Source: Callorhinchus milii | Taxonomy: Eukaryota | Length of the DNA stretch: 64,000 bases | Assembly: GCF_018977255.1 (NCBI RefSeq) | Contig: NW_024704766.1 | Coordinates: forward strand, 7,502,001 to 7,566,000 | Direction: 5' to 3' | Shown: positions 1 to 12,110 of the stretch, piece by piece | How positions within the stretch are numbered: the first letter of the stretch is position 1 | Layout: each line of letters starts with the position of its first letter | Notes under the pieces: model-generated | What the model was told of the DNA's origin: nothing | Database searches by the model: none | What the model saw: only the letters and a program-made list of their open reading frames with translations | Made by a program: the position numbers and the translations under genes

Positions 1-606
1 TTAACTTCAAGCCATGAATGTTTTCATCACAAGAAAATGCACTTATTACTCAAAAGCCATCATCACAGACAGAAGAAGGGTCTTTTTATTGAAATTTGCA
101 GTGACACGATCTTGAATGACTCATTCATTCAAGGGGAGGTTCAGCTCCAGCCTGTAAGCCCTGGGGATACCAACGACCAAGTCATCCTGTTTTAAGATGT
201 CTCTTAAACGCCAATAAGTATTCAAACCTAAGTAAACCTAAATAGATTTAAGAGGTGAACTTTCCTAGATTAGTACAGATTCTGATACACAGGGTTACAG
301 TTCTGTCCAGGTTTCTCAAACAGAATTGTTAGGGAAAACATGTCAACGTTTAGGGTTTTGCTAGTCTCTTTAGGCTTGTGTTGCACTGAGATAAATATGA
401 CCTGTTTCTATGGATTCCCTATCACAGAGCGGTTTAGATCAGCATTTCATAGTGGCTTCAATCCGTGTCCCTACAACAACAACTTGCTTTTACATAATAA
501 TAATAATAATCCTTGAATTTGATATAGTGCCTTATCACATTGTTGAGACGGCTCAAAGCACTTCACAGGATATACTGTGAAGTGTAGTGGCTGTATATTT
601 TATTGA

Positions 607-921
607 AGTCCTGTAGCTCAGTGGTTAGAGTACTCGCCTTGCAAGAGAGACACTTGGGTGCAATTCCAGGCACAGCGAAACCTTGGGCAAGTTTCCTTAC
701 TCCACACGCCCAATAATAATCCCTCCAAAAAAACAAAACAATAAAAAATTGGTCATTTTCAATCCATGACTGTTTGTGGGACATTGCTGTGCGCAATTGG
801 CTGCCGCGTTTCGCCCACAAATATACAGTCAATTCACTTTACAGTCTATTCTGTGAAGCACTTTTGAGACGTCGAGAAGACGTGAAAACCGCTATATCAA
901 ATGCAAGGGTTATTATATTAT
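607..921 (+). mobile_element. tRNA-derived SINE, full length, short-body variant
   Basis: A box TAGCTCAGTGG, B-box-like GGTGCAATTCC, conserved body GCTGTGCGCAATTGGCTGCCGCG, L2-like tail with (ATT)n. Confidence 0.85.
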
Positions 922-1409
922 TTTGTGGGTGAAACTTGGCAGCGTCCCACACCAGTTGTGGATTGAGTGACCACTTTATGCTTATTTATTTAGTTAGAAG
1001 GACCCCAATGAAATGGAGTTGGCCTCAGCCATCCTGACGCACATTAACCCCACACAAGGCACTCGGGTAGACAGGAAATACAAAGACCAAACAATGTAGA
1101 GACTTAATACAGGTCCAATTTTTTTTTCAGTATCTTAAAGCTCAGGAATGTGGTCAGAAGGAGGGCTATGTGGTGAGAGCAGGGGATTGGGATTAATTTG
1201 GACAGCTCTTTCAGAAAGCCGGCACGGACACGATGGGCCGAATGGCCTCCTTTTATGCTGTATATTTGGATGATTCTAACTCCTCCTTTCCCAAATGGGA
1301 CCAAAACTTAATGTCAATCTGGGTGGGTGGGTGGGGACGTCCAACAGCACCATGCCATTGATCAGAGCTCCTTTTCACATGTAGTAGGTGGAGGGAGCAG
1401 TGAGTCGGG

Positions 1410-2760
1410 GTAGAAGCCGCTAGATTTAACGTGTTTCACTGTAGAAAACAGGTTTTCGCAAAAGTATGCGCTTGCAAACACAGCATGCATCTTCAGTGCA
1501 AAGTCATTTAATTTAGGAAAATGATCCTTGGGAATATTTTCCAGAAGTTTTGGTGAATCTCACTCTTCCTTCAGAGGAACAATGGGTCCCCTGCAGTTCA
1601 TACATCTCCAACTGAAGATCTTTTGGTTGCTGCTCAATCGACACCTCCATCGGATTGGTGAATAGTTGGACGCTGGAACTCAGACCCTCAAAATCTGCAA
1701 ATCTGGCACTGAACTCATCCAATAGCTCTGTTATGGTTTCTGAAACACTGTGAAAATCAGTCTCCTCAAGCTCAATTACAAGTTCCATGCATGATGGAAA
1801 ATGGGTGAGGTTGTTGTGCAAGAGGCATGAGTTCAACACGTGTAGCTTTATGTGGAATCTGTCAACAAGTTCTGATTTCTACCTTGAATTTGAAGATTGA
1901 GAATGTGAATGGCCGTTATGTCTGTAACGAAAGCCAATGAACAAAGTAAGGATCTTCTAATTTCTCTTCACACTGTGTGGTGTTGCTCTTTACACGTTCC
2001 TTCAAAAAGTACCTCATTCCTAAGTGCAAAAAAACTGCACAAGGCAGTTGTGCACACTCAGCCAATACACTTCTGAATAAAGAGGTAAATCACAATATTC
2101 TGCAGTTAATTTTTCAAGGAAGTTTATGAACTTCCTGTGACTCTGTGCTCGATTTCCTCCGTGGATAATATTGATCATTTTGATGACTCTGGTCATCATA
2201 TTAATAATAATAATAATAATCCTTGCATTTGATATAGCGCTTTTCACGTTGGGAGGACGTCCCAAAGCGCTTCACAGAACACACTGTAAAGTGAATTGAC
2301 TGTATATTTGTGGGCGAACGCGTGGTTTTCTGCAAAGGGATCCCTGGCGTATGATGCGGTGGAAGATAACATTCAATTTCATTTTGTTTCAGCAAAACCT
2401 ACCAAAGCGGTGTTTACAGCCAGTCATCGATTGTACACCACCCGTCACAAGGCGGGAACACGTCTGAAATCCATAGTATTTACTGACAGTTAAAGTAAGA
2501 ACTCGGTAAATATCCAACCCCCTTTCTTAGCAGTTTTCAGAGGAATTAACTCACATCATTCTTCATGAACAACAACATTTTCATCAATGGTTCTGGTGAA
2601 AATTAATAGCCGACTGATATCAGTCGCGTCAGTCCAGAGATAATGAGAAGTATTTACATGTGTGTTCGGGTGATCTCGTTGGCGTCACGTACTCTCTTTG
2701 CCGGTTTGGTGAGACGGTGCTACACTTTCAAAAATTATTGGCCATTTTTACATCACCAAA
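1410..2760 (-). mobile_element. Decayed hAT (SPIN/Buster/GTF2IRD2-like) transposase, interrupted by a SINE tail at ~2196-2325
   Basis: Frameshifted motifs in the expected order: KYFSLSLD..TDIS.LLIF; VTGGVQSMTG; IFHRIIRQGSLC (cf. HCIIHQEAL); SHRKFINFLEKLTAEYCDLPLYSEVYWLS; EFSARFADF; FASAYFCENLFS. Confidence 0.85.
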
Positions 2761-3073
2761 CGCAGGAGCCACTTTGTTCGGGTGACGGCGCGTCACCATT
2801 TCACCATCTCCAGATGACCGCCAAACCTGGCGACCCAGACACGGGCCCCGCACCGTACAGTCAGACTGGCAGTTTGGTGGCAATGTGCCGACTCTCCCAG
2901 TTTATTGGTTGTATTGACCGTCCGGCGCTTTGGGACGTCCTCGTGACGGGAAAGGCGCGGATACAAGTGTAATGTTGTTGTTGTTGGCCTTGTGTCGTGT
3001 GTTGTCGTTGCCGCTGATGTTCAACACAACAGCTGTTACCCAACGTGACCTCAGCCACACAGCCTGAGCTGCT

Positions 3074-3372
3074 CCCCCCCCATCCCCCACCGCCCCACCC
3101 CCCCCATCCCCCACCGCCCCATCCCCCCCATGCCCCACCGCCCCATCCCCCCCATCCCCACCGCCCCATCCCCCCCATCCCCCCCCATGCCCCACCGCCC
3201 CCCACCATGCCCCACCGCCCCCATCCCCCCCATGCCCCACCGCCCCCATCCCCCCATCCCCCACCGCCCCATCCCCCCCATCCCCCACCGCCCCCATCCC
3301 CACCGCCCCCATCCCCCCCCATCCCCCACCGCCCCCAGCCCCCCCATCCCCCCCATGCCCCACCGCCCCATC
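3074..3372. repeat. C-rich minisatellite (CCCCACCGCCCCCAT..)n
   Basis: Visible tandem array; G-rich on the minus strand. Confidence 0.95.
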
Positions 3373-3397
3373 CACAGCGGTTTGTGGGGATGTCACG

Positions 3398-3739
3398 GGG
3401 CCAATTGGCTGCCTCTCACTCTCAAGGAGTCCTCCGGCCCCGCCCCCTCCCTCGTCTCACTCTCAGGGAGTCCTCCGGCCCCGCCCCCTCCCTCTTGTCA
3501 CTCTCAGGGAGTCCTCCGGCCCCGCCCCCTCCCTCCTGTCACTCTCGGGAGAGTCCTCCGGCCCCGCCCCTCCCTCCTCTCACTCTCGGAGGAGTCCTCC
3601 GGCCCCGCCCCCTCCCTCCTCTCACTCTCGGGGGAGTCCTCCGGCCCCGCCCCCTCCCTCCTGTCACTCAGAGCGGCCTCGTGGCTGCCGCAGCGCAGAT
3701 GGAGCGCACGAGGCGCCGTCTGGAGCTCTAACTGTGAGT
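3398..3739 (+). promoter_or_regulatory. Promoter-like site: CCAATTGG, six tandem GC boxes, then a CpG-rich short exon ending at GTGAGT (3734)
   Basis: Six ~42-bp units, each with CCGGCCCCGCCCC (Sp/KLF consensus); CpG-rich 3666-3790. Function is inferred. Confidence 0.45.
3414..3665. repeat. ~42-bp minisatellite x6 carrying GC boxes
   Basis: CACTCTC(N)GGAGTCCTCCGGCCCCGCCCCCTCCCTC counted six times. Confidence 0.95.
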
Positions 3740-4035
3740 CCGACATAGTTTGGGGGCCGGTGGCGGCCCGCGTGCCGCCTGTTGGACCAGGTCAGAGTTT
3801 CTGAAGCAGCACAAACATTTGTTCTGTGTAAATATCAATAATAACAGCAGTAAAAACCGTTGAGTTTGACCTCATCCCATCCTCTGGAGACGTCCCAAAG
3901 AACATTCCAGACAGTGGATTACTCGTATGTTTTAGGGGCGAAAAGGCAACTTTTCCCTCTTTCCGTCTTCGTGGAAAACCGGTAACTGCCAAATTGAACT
4001 GTAAGAGTTTTCAGAAGACGACAACAACAACAACA

Positions 4036-4328
4036 GTAATAATCCCGGCGTTTCACTCGGTGCCTCATCACGTCTCCGAGACGCCTCAGAGCGCTTCACA
4101 GGACACACTGTAAAGTGAAGTGACTGTGTGTTTCTGCCAATTGCGCACAACAGAGTCCCACAAACAGCCGTGGGTTGAAGTGACCAATTTTATTATTGTT
4201 TCTTGAGGGATTATTATTGGGCTCTGTGTGGAGTAAGGAAACTCGCCCGAGGTTTCACCCTCTGCCAGGAATTGAACTCCGGTCTCTCGATTGAGAGGCG
4301 AGTGCTCTAACCACTGAGCTACAGGACT
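4036..4328 (-). mobile_element. tRNA-derived SINE (a second copy follows at ~4535-4832, also minus)
   Basis: Reverse-complement head CTCTAACCACTGAGCTACAGGACT plus the family body. Confidence 0.85.
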
Positions 4329-5061
4329 CCACAAACGTGGATGGTTGGATTGATTTGGTTCCAAACAACAACAAAACAAGACCCTCCTCTTTGGCCACAC
4401 TCCTACCCCTCTCTGCCCTCCCACACTCCTCCCCATCCCCTCTCCCATCCCTACTCGGGTCCTTGTCCCTGACTATTCAGCGTCTTGGGACATCCCCCCC
4501 CGATATGAAAGGCCCTTTACAAATGTAATATTGTATTTTGTGGGTGAAACACAGCAGTCAATTGCACACAGCGACGTCCCACAAACAGTCCTGGTTGAGT
4601 GACCAAATTATTGTTTTTTTTATGGGATTATTACCCCCTGGAAAAGCGATCCGCCAATCGACTAATTTACTGCTACTTCCTACTTACCCCTGGATAAACA
4701 GAGGTCTGTGTGTGTGTGTGTGTGTGTGGAGTAAGGAAACTTACCCAACATTTTGCCCTGACCTACCCAGGAACCGAAACTGAGTCCCCTCGTTTGCAAG
4801 GCAAGTGCTCCAACCACTGAGCTACAGGACTCTACATACAAGTGCACAGTCACCACACGTCACAGTAAATTCCTGTGAAGCACTTTGAGACATCTCAATG
4901 ATGTGATAAGGCACAATGCAATGTCAAGGGCAACGGTTGTTAAGTTAATTGGTCACTCACTTCATGGCAGTGCTACACTCAACAGTAATTGTATGTGGAG
5001 ATTTGAGATGTTTCAATGTGTAAGAAGATGAAAGAGTGCGACTGAGGCCCCCCCACCCTAC

Positions 5062-5217
5062 TTTCTCATCTCGTCCTCTCGTCTGTCACCTGGTGAGGGA
5101 GTGATGCGGGAGCAGCAGCAAAGATTCAGGAAGTCGCATGGCAGGTGAAGGTGTGTGAAGACGAGAAACACACCTGCCATTTCATACCGAGACGGAGATA
5201 CAAAACCTCCTTCTAGA
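5062..5217 (-). CDS. Candidate 156-nt internal exon (LEGGFVSPSRYEMAGVFLVFTHLHLPCDFLNLCCCSRITPSPGDRREDEMRK)
   Basis: Acceptor GTTTCTTACAG, donor AA|GTAGGG, open frame phase 2-2, compatible with the 11804 donor. No recognised homology. Confidence 0.3.
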
Positions 5218-6084
5218 CTGTAAGAAACTCGGAGACACTGAGGCAAAGGAGAAGGAGAGCAGATCAACAACTAAGCGGTTGCCATTCTCTCTTGGAGGAA
5301 GGAAGGATTGCATCACTGCCATTGAATCCAAACATTCCCCGTTTGTATGTATTGACTTTGTTTATTAAAACATTACATCGTGAGGAACCCATTGATTACA
5401 AATGTAAAGCACTATACTGATAATTATTGATGGGAACTTTTGTAACAGACTTTTTGAAAACAGCAGGTCCCACACCCTGCCATGAAGTGAACAACGGCAA
5501 CAACAACAAGATTACATCTATAGAGCGCCTTTCACGTCGGGAGGACATCCCAAAGCGCTGAACAGTCAGGTGTCGGGGCCCGAGCCTGGGGGTGGGTGGT
5601 GTAGGGGTGAGGGAACAAGCGATTTCTCTGGAGGATTATTGGTCAGTACACCAATAAATTGGTCGTTGACCTCAGGACTGTTTGCAGGACCATGCTGTGC
5701 ACAAAATGGCTGCTTTGTGTTTAGCTTGCCATAAAAATAGTCACTACACTTGGCAACACACATTTTTGAGACGCGTGTCCATTTGAAACGCTATAAACAT
5801 CCAAGTTCTTTGTTTCTCTGTGAATTGAATGTTAACAGGTCTGTCGTGGGGGATTGTGATGTCGGAGGCAGTGGCACAGAAACATTCTCGTCAGTCTCTG
5901 TTGAGGCTGAGCAGAGGAACAGGAAACAGCACAAAACATTTGGGTTTGTGAAAATAATAACAGAATTAATCGTTAAGTTTTATAGTTTTATATAACATTC
6001 CAGAAAGTGAATTGACTGTATATTTTGTGGGTGAAAGGCGCCTTTTTGATTCTTGTTTTTTTTCCTTTTACCGTCTTCGTGGAA

Positions 6085-6400
6085 AACAACAACAACAAGA
6101 TTACATTTGTATAGCGCCTTTCAAGTCGGGAGGACGTCCCAAGGCACTGGACAGTGTACAGCATTTCAGACCCGAGCTGAGGTCGGGGTTGGAGAGGGAG
6201 GGGAGGGGAAGGGGGGTGACCAATGGCGTAGTTCGAAGAGGAGGGTTTGGAGGAGGGACTTGAAGGAGGCTAAGGAGGGGGTGAGGCGGAGTGATAGGGG
6301 GATGGAATTCCAGAGGTTTGGGGCAAATTGGCTGAAGGCTCTCCCTCCAATGGTGGGGTGGTGGATCCGGGGACGTGGAGCTAAATAAGTTAAAGAAGAG
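6085..6400 (-). mobile_element. L2 LINE 3' end
   Basis: HPTIGGRAFSQFAPNLWNSIP..LASFKSLL and (CAA)n tail on the plus strand. Confidence 0.85.
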
Positions 6401-6450
6401 GACAGCATGGATGGTGGGATTGATTTGGTTTTAAGTAAATATTTTACTAA

Positions 6451-7505
6451 TTTAAAGAAATGGTTAGAGCACTCGCCTCGTAAGCGAGTAGGTTTGATTC
6501 CCAGGCAGGGTGGAATGTTAGGCAAGTTTCCTTAGTCCACACACCTCTGTTTACCAGCAATAAGTAGGAACCGAAGTTGTTAGTTGATTGGTGGATTGCT
6601 TTCCGGTGGTAATGATCCCTCCATAAATAAATAAATTTAGTCACTCAATTCACGACTCTGGGACACTGCTGCGATCAATTGGCTGCCGTGTTTCGTCCAC
6701 AAATACACTTTACAGTATATCCCATGAAGCGCTTTGAGACGTCCTGCAACTGAAAATGGACACGATGGAAGCCATACTCTTTGGCTCCTGTCAATGTTTT
6801 CACTCCTGCAGATCTGACCATCTAAACCTCCCCAGACTCTCCCTCACACTCACCAAACCAGTGCGTAACCGAGGCGTCCTTTTCGACGTCCAGCTGTCCT
6901 TTCTCCCCCACACCCAATCCCTGACCAGGACCCCCTTCCTCCACCTCCCCCACATTGCCCGCCTCCGACCGTACATTACTCCAAATGTAGCTGAAACCCT
7001 GGTGCGTGTGTTTGTCACCTCCCGCCTGGATTACTCCAACCCCCTCCTCGCCGGTCTCCCCGGCTCCACCATTCACAAGATCAGCTCATTCAGACTCTGC
7101 CGCCCACATACTGACCCCAACCAAACTCCGTCCCCACACCTCCCCAGCTCTGGCCCAGGCTCCACTGGCGCCCCATCACCCAACGGATCGACTTCAAGAT
7201 CCTCTCACTCTCGTGTTCAAATCCCTTCACTCCCTGGCACCTCCCTCCCTCTCCGACCTCCTCTCCCCAATCCACCGCCCGGTGCCTCTGCTCATCCCTC
7301 GCACCCTCTGCCCCGAAGCTCTGGAACACTCTCCCTCAATCCCTCCACCTTGCCCCCCCTCTCCCCTCTTTCAAGGCTCGCCTGAAAAACTTCCTTTTTG
7401 ACCATGGCCACCCCCTCCATCCCTGGCTTGGAGTCAGGCTCCGCCACTGTTAATCGCTCTGAGACACTAACCTGCGTGGAGGGCACTGTGTATAAGTGCA
7501 AGTAG
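6451..7505 (+). mobile_element. SINE fused directly to a 5'-truncated L2 LINE
   Basis: SINE body to ~6744, then L2 RT-end motifs ([18 protein letters not shown]; LQDP; APELWN) and 3' tail. Confidence 0.8.
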
Positions 7506-7774
7506 TTGTTGTTAATTCACTGTTGTTTCAATCTTGTTTTTGATAGCCACATCTTATGTCGGATTTGCATCAATGTTCTTCAGGTTGAATTGCCCGGATT
7601 GTTGCCCCATTGTTTTACTGTGAATCTCTCTCTCCTCTCCTCTCTCTCTCTCTCTCTCTCATCGTGTCCCATTGCTCGAGCTGCTGACAGTTAACAATAA
7701 AGTTTCCATTGTAACACAAGGGGGAAATGAACGATTTAGTTTTTGGGTTTAATTCAGGAGGAATTTCTGTGACT

Positions 7775-9312
7775 GTCCATCTTGATCATCTGCGACCAGG
7801 GCTCCCTCTGCCTCCTCGTCCTCCTCGACCATTCGATACGGTCGACCTCCTCCACCGCTTGTCCTCCCACCTCAACCGCAAGGCACTGTCCTTGAGTGGT
7901 TTAGGTCGTACCTCTCCCACCGTCTTCATTTTGTTTCCACAAACGGCTTTTCCCCCACCCCCCGCACTGTCTCGTGTGGTGTCCCTCAGGGCTCTGTCCT
8001 CGGTCCCCTCCTCTTCACCCTCTATATGCTCCCCCTGTGGTGACATCATCCGCAGACATGGGGTTAACTCCCACATGTATGCGGATGACACCCAACTCTA
8101 CCTTTCCTCCTCTACCCTCAACTCCACGACCCCCGATGTCCTGACAGCTGTCTGTCCGACATCGAGTCCTGGACGAGAGACAACTTTCTTCAGCTCAACG
8201 TCCGCAAAACTGAGGCCCTCCTGATTGGCTCACGTCAGCGCCTCCGCACCTCAGGCACTGACAGCATCAGCTCCGCACTCTCCACCTCTCAAAGCCATCA
8301 GGAACCTCGGGGTTCTGTTCGACCCTGAGCTGTCCTTTCTCCCTCATATCCGCACCACAACTGGCACCGCCTTCCATCACCTCCGGAATGTCGCCAGACT
8401 ACGGCACTACCTCACCCCTCACGCGGCTGAAACTCTGGTCCACACCTTTATCACCTCAAGGCTGGACTATGGGAACTCTCTCCTCGCCGGCCTTCCCGGC
8501 CCTCCCTCCACACTGCAGGTCATTCAGAACTCTGCAGCTCATGTACTGTCCCGCACCAGACACCGAGACCACATCACTCCCACCCTCACACTCGCCCTCA
8601 CCCTCGCCCTCACCCTCGCTCGCCTACACCGGCTCCCCATCCCCCAGAGGATCGAATGCAAGATCCTCATCCTCACCTACAAGGCCATTCACGGCCTCGC
8701 TCCCTCCTACCTCTCTGACCTACTACCCCCCTACCTACCTGCCCGTACCCTCCGTTCCTCCGGCTCCGGTCTGCTCCACATCCCCCGCCCCAACCGCCCT
8801 ACCATCGGTGGCCTTCAGCCTCTCAGCCCCGAGGCTCTGGAACTCCATCCCCAGTGCCTTCACCGCTTCCTCCCTTTCCTCCTTCAAGGCCGGTCTCAAA
8901 ACCTTTCTCTTTGACCGTGCCTTCAGCTCCCCTCTCGACTCTCTACCCCCTCCTCGCTCCCTCCCTTCCCTCCCCTCACCCTGACCATTTCCACCCTCCT
9001 CACCCCCTCCCTTCCCTCCCCTCACCCTGACCATTTCCCCCCCTCCTCGCTCCCTCCCTTCCCTCCCCTCACCCTGACCATTTCCCCCTCCTCGCTCCCT
9101 CCCTTCCCTCCCCTCACCCTGACCATTTCCCCCCTCCTCGCTCCCTCCCTTCCCTCCCCATCACCCTGACCATTTCCCCCCTCCTCGCTCCCTCCCCTCC
9201 CTTCACCCTGACCATTTCCCCAATGCTCGGGTCCCAACCCAACTGTGCAGCGCCTTGGGATGTCCTCCCTATGTGAAAGGCGCTCTATAAATGGAATCTT
9301 GTTGTTGTTGTT
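7775..9312 (+). mobile_element. L2 LINE 3' ~1.5 kb (RT domain and 3'UTR), frameshifted
   Basis: [62 protein letters not shown], and tail GTGAAAGGCGCTCTATAAAT..(TTG)n. Confidence 0.93.
8946..9222. repeat. ~46-bp tandem x6 in an L2 3'UTR
   Basis: CTGACCATTT recurs six times; single copy in the sister L2 at ~15320-15380. Confidence 0.95.
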
Positions 9313-9529
9313 TGCTGGTTAGAGCTGTCTGTGGTCCTGTCAGCAAACACTTTGTGGTATGGACTTTTTTTTGTTTTTTGAAGTAAAATGGAAACAGTGC
9401 CCCCCCTCACATGGTGACGGGGGTTTAGAGAAACATTTTCTCCTCTCCGTTCATCTCCCGCCATCCTCGGCTCTGCTCTTTACCACAGTCTGCCGCCTTT
9501 GCAGCTGTTCAGCACTCAGCCAAGAACTC

Positions 9530-10632
9530 TGACCTCCAAGTTATGTCAGATATCAGGTATCAATTCCCCCACATCCGGTCCCTCACCAGCACCGCCTTCT
9601 TCCACCTCCGACGCATCGCCTATCTCCGCCAATACCTCTCCCCAAAAGCCGCTGAAACCCTGGTCCATGTCTTTGTCACCTCTCACCTGGACTACTTTAG
9701 AGTCCCCCTCCTCACCGGTCTCCCATCCACTACCATCCATAAAATCCAAATCATTCAAAACTCTGCCGCCCGCATTCTCACCCGCACCAAACTCCGCTCC
9801 CCGATCCCCCCAGTCCTGGCCAGACTGCACCGGCTCCTGTCCCAGAGAGGATCCACTTCAAGATCCTTGTCTTCAAATCCCTCCACTCCTCTGCACCCCC
9901 CGACCTCTCTGACCTCTCTCCTCGAAACAGTACCCGTTGGCTTTGTTCCTCCGGGTGTGGCCTCCTCCTCGTCCCCGAAGTCCTCCGCTCCACCCTCGGC
10001 GGCTGTGCCTTCAGCCACTGTGCCCCGAGACTCTGGAACTGCCTTCCTCACTCCCTTTGTCTCACCGCCTCCCCTCACATTTTCAGGTCTTGGCTGAAGA
10101 CCTTTCTTTTCGACCGCACCTTTGGTCACCTTCTCCCCCTCCCCCCGGCTCCTCCCCCTCCCCAGCTCCTCCCTCCCCCTGGCTCCTCCCTCTCCCCCGG
10201 GCTCCTCCCTCTCCCCGGCTCCTCCCCCTCCCCAGCTCCTCCCCCTCCCCAGCTCCTCCCCCTCCCCTGGCTCCTCCCCCTCCCCTGGCTCCTCCACCTC
10301 TCCCGGGCTCCTCCCCCTCCCCTGGCTCCTCCCCCTCCCCAGCTCCTCCCTCTCCCCAGCTCCTCCCCCTCCCCTAGCTCCTCCCCCTCCCCCCGGCTCC
10401 TCCCCCTCCCCTGGCTCCTCCCCCTCCCCCAGCTCCTCCCCCTCCCCTGGCTCCTCCCCCCCCCTGGCTCCTCCACCTCTCCCTGGCTCCTCCCCCTCCC
10501 CCCGGCTCCTCCCCCTCCCCCCGGCTCCTCCCCCTCCCCCGGCTCCTCCCCCTCCCCCTGGCTCCTCCACCTCTCCCTGGCTCCTCCCTGTCTGGTGTGG
10601 AGGGCGCTATATAAATCCAAGTTGTTGTTGTC
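9530..10632 (+). mobile_element. L2 LINE fragment with a minisatellite in its 3'UTR
   Basis: FFHLRRIAYLRQYL..VFVTSHLDY..IQNSAARILTR; the tail resumes at ~10590. Confidence 0.85.
10135..10585. repeat. ~18-20-bp minisatellite (GCTCCTCCCCCTCCCC.G)n
   Basis: Visible tandem array inside an L2 3'UTR. Confidence 0.95.
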
Positions 10633-11803
10633 AGATTCCAATACTGGCCACCAACTGGCACAGTCTAGGCTGACTCCCCGTGAGGTGCGTTGTCAGAGGC
10701 GCCGTCCTTCAGGTGAGATGTTAAACCCAGCTCCTCGGTTTAAGCACAAGAGCACAAGAGCTCAGTCACTGCTGTGCGCAATTGTGGTTACCGGGTTTTG
10801 CCCACAAAATATATACAGTCAATTCACTTTACAGTAACAGGAAGCACTTTGAGAAGTTTCAAAGACGTGATAAGGCACTGTATCAAATGCAAAGATTATT
10901 ATTATATTATTATAAACCGAGCTCCCTGTCAATGCCTGTTCACGTGGCACTATCCCCCTCAAAAAGAAGAGAGTTTTTCTCTCTCCCATTGTGCTGGCCA
11001 CCAATCGCCCAGATGAACTCGGCTGCTGCATTCGTTTGGAAAATACACAGTCACTACACTTAACAGTAAATCCTATAAGGTGCTTTGAGACACCTCCTGA
11101 TGTGAAAGGCGATGTGTCAAATGTACGGTTTATTATTGTTTCTCCTCAATTCAGAAAGAAGATGATGAAGAGAAGACTAGAGGACTGATGGTGGAGCTGA
11201 GCAGGGCGAAGGAACAGAAGGAGTGAGTGAGTGTGAGCAGGTTGAGAGGAACAGATGGGCAGTCCAGTCAGAGGAGTTAACATATTGTGTCCAGTGTTGG
11301 TCAGCCCACTTTAGGAAAGATGTTCAGGTGATAGAGATGGGGTAGAGGAACTTTACTGAGATGATACCAGGAATGAGTGGTTTGGCTTATGTGTGCGCAG
11401 TGACCTAATGGAGTTTTAATGGAAACAGTGGGAAGAAATTGTTTCCCAGTAACAAAATAAAATTAAAAAAATAGTAATTTGGTCAGTCAATCCACGACTG
11501 TTTGTGGGACGCTGCTGTGCACAATTGACTGCGTTTCACCCACGCAATACACAGTCACTACATTTAAAAGTGTTTTCTGTGAAACGCTTTGAGATGTCTC
11601 AAAGATGTGATAAGGCGCTAGTAAGGATAGTTGGTGGAAGGAGGCCAAGATGCTGGGCGGATTGTAGAAACAACTAGATGCTGTAAAGATGAGGAAGAGT
11701 TGAGAAGAAGAGATCAAAGGGGATGAAGGAAGGCCTTCTTAAAGCACACCTCTGCCTGGATCGGGTTCAGATCTAGCTGTTTCCCGCTGTGTCCGGGACT
11801 TAC

Positions 11804-12110
11804 TGACGTTTCCTCCTGTAGCCACAGGACATGCTGCTGGTGGAGCTCGGCCTTAAGAAGAAGCACACGGGGCCGAAGCACGGACTGAAGAGACCGGGGC
11901 AAAGATATTCTGCCCACCTCCCCTCCTCCAGAACGGATCCTGTCTCCTCGGATGTCACCTGCCTCAGCTTGTTTCTGTGTGTAAGTTTGTGTTGTTGTTG
12001 ATGGCGATTTGGTTTGCAGAGGAGCCCGGCCGGGAATCGTAGAGATTTACAGCACAGACGGAGGCCTCTCAGTCCATCCGCTCGTTCCCAGACAGAACGC
12101 AGCCGCACAT
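11804..12110 (-). other. Candidate first exon of an unidentified minus-strand gene (possible start MSCGYRRKR at 11832)
   Basis: CpG-rich unique sequence with CCAAT boxes at ~12121 and ~12221 and a perfect donor CA|GTAAGT at 11803. The TSS is a guess. Confidence 0.4.

Noticed and set aside
2861-3804. Long Pro-rich and Gly-rich ORFs (up to 228 aa)
   Set aside because: Translations of two minisatellites, open in several frames on both strands.
5097-5216. Plus-strand frame SDAGAAAKIQEVAWQVKVCEDEKHTCHFIPRRRYKTSF*
   Set aside because: A stop lies directly upstream, the acceptor is weak (GAG) and there is no recognised homology. The minus-strand exon has better splice signals.
7775-9312. An intact, active L2 LINE
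   Set aside because: All copies are 5'-truncated and frameshifted; no endonuclease domain or ORF1 is present.
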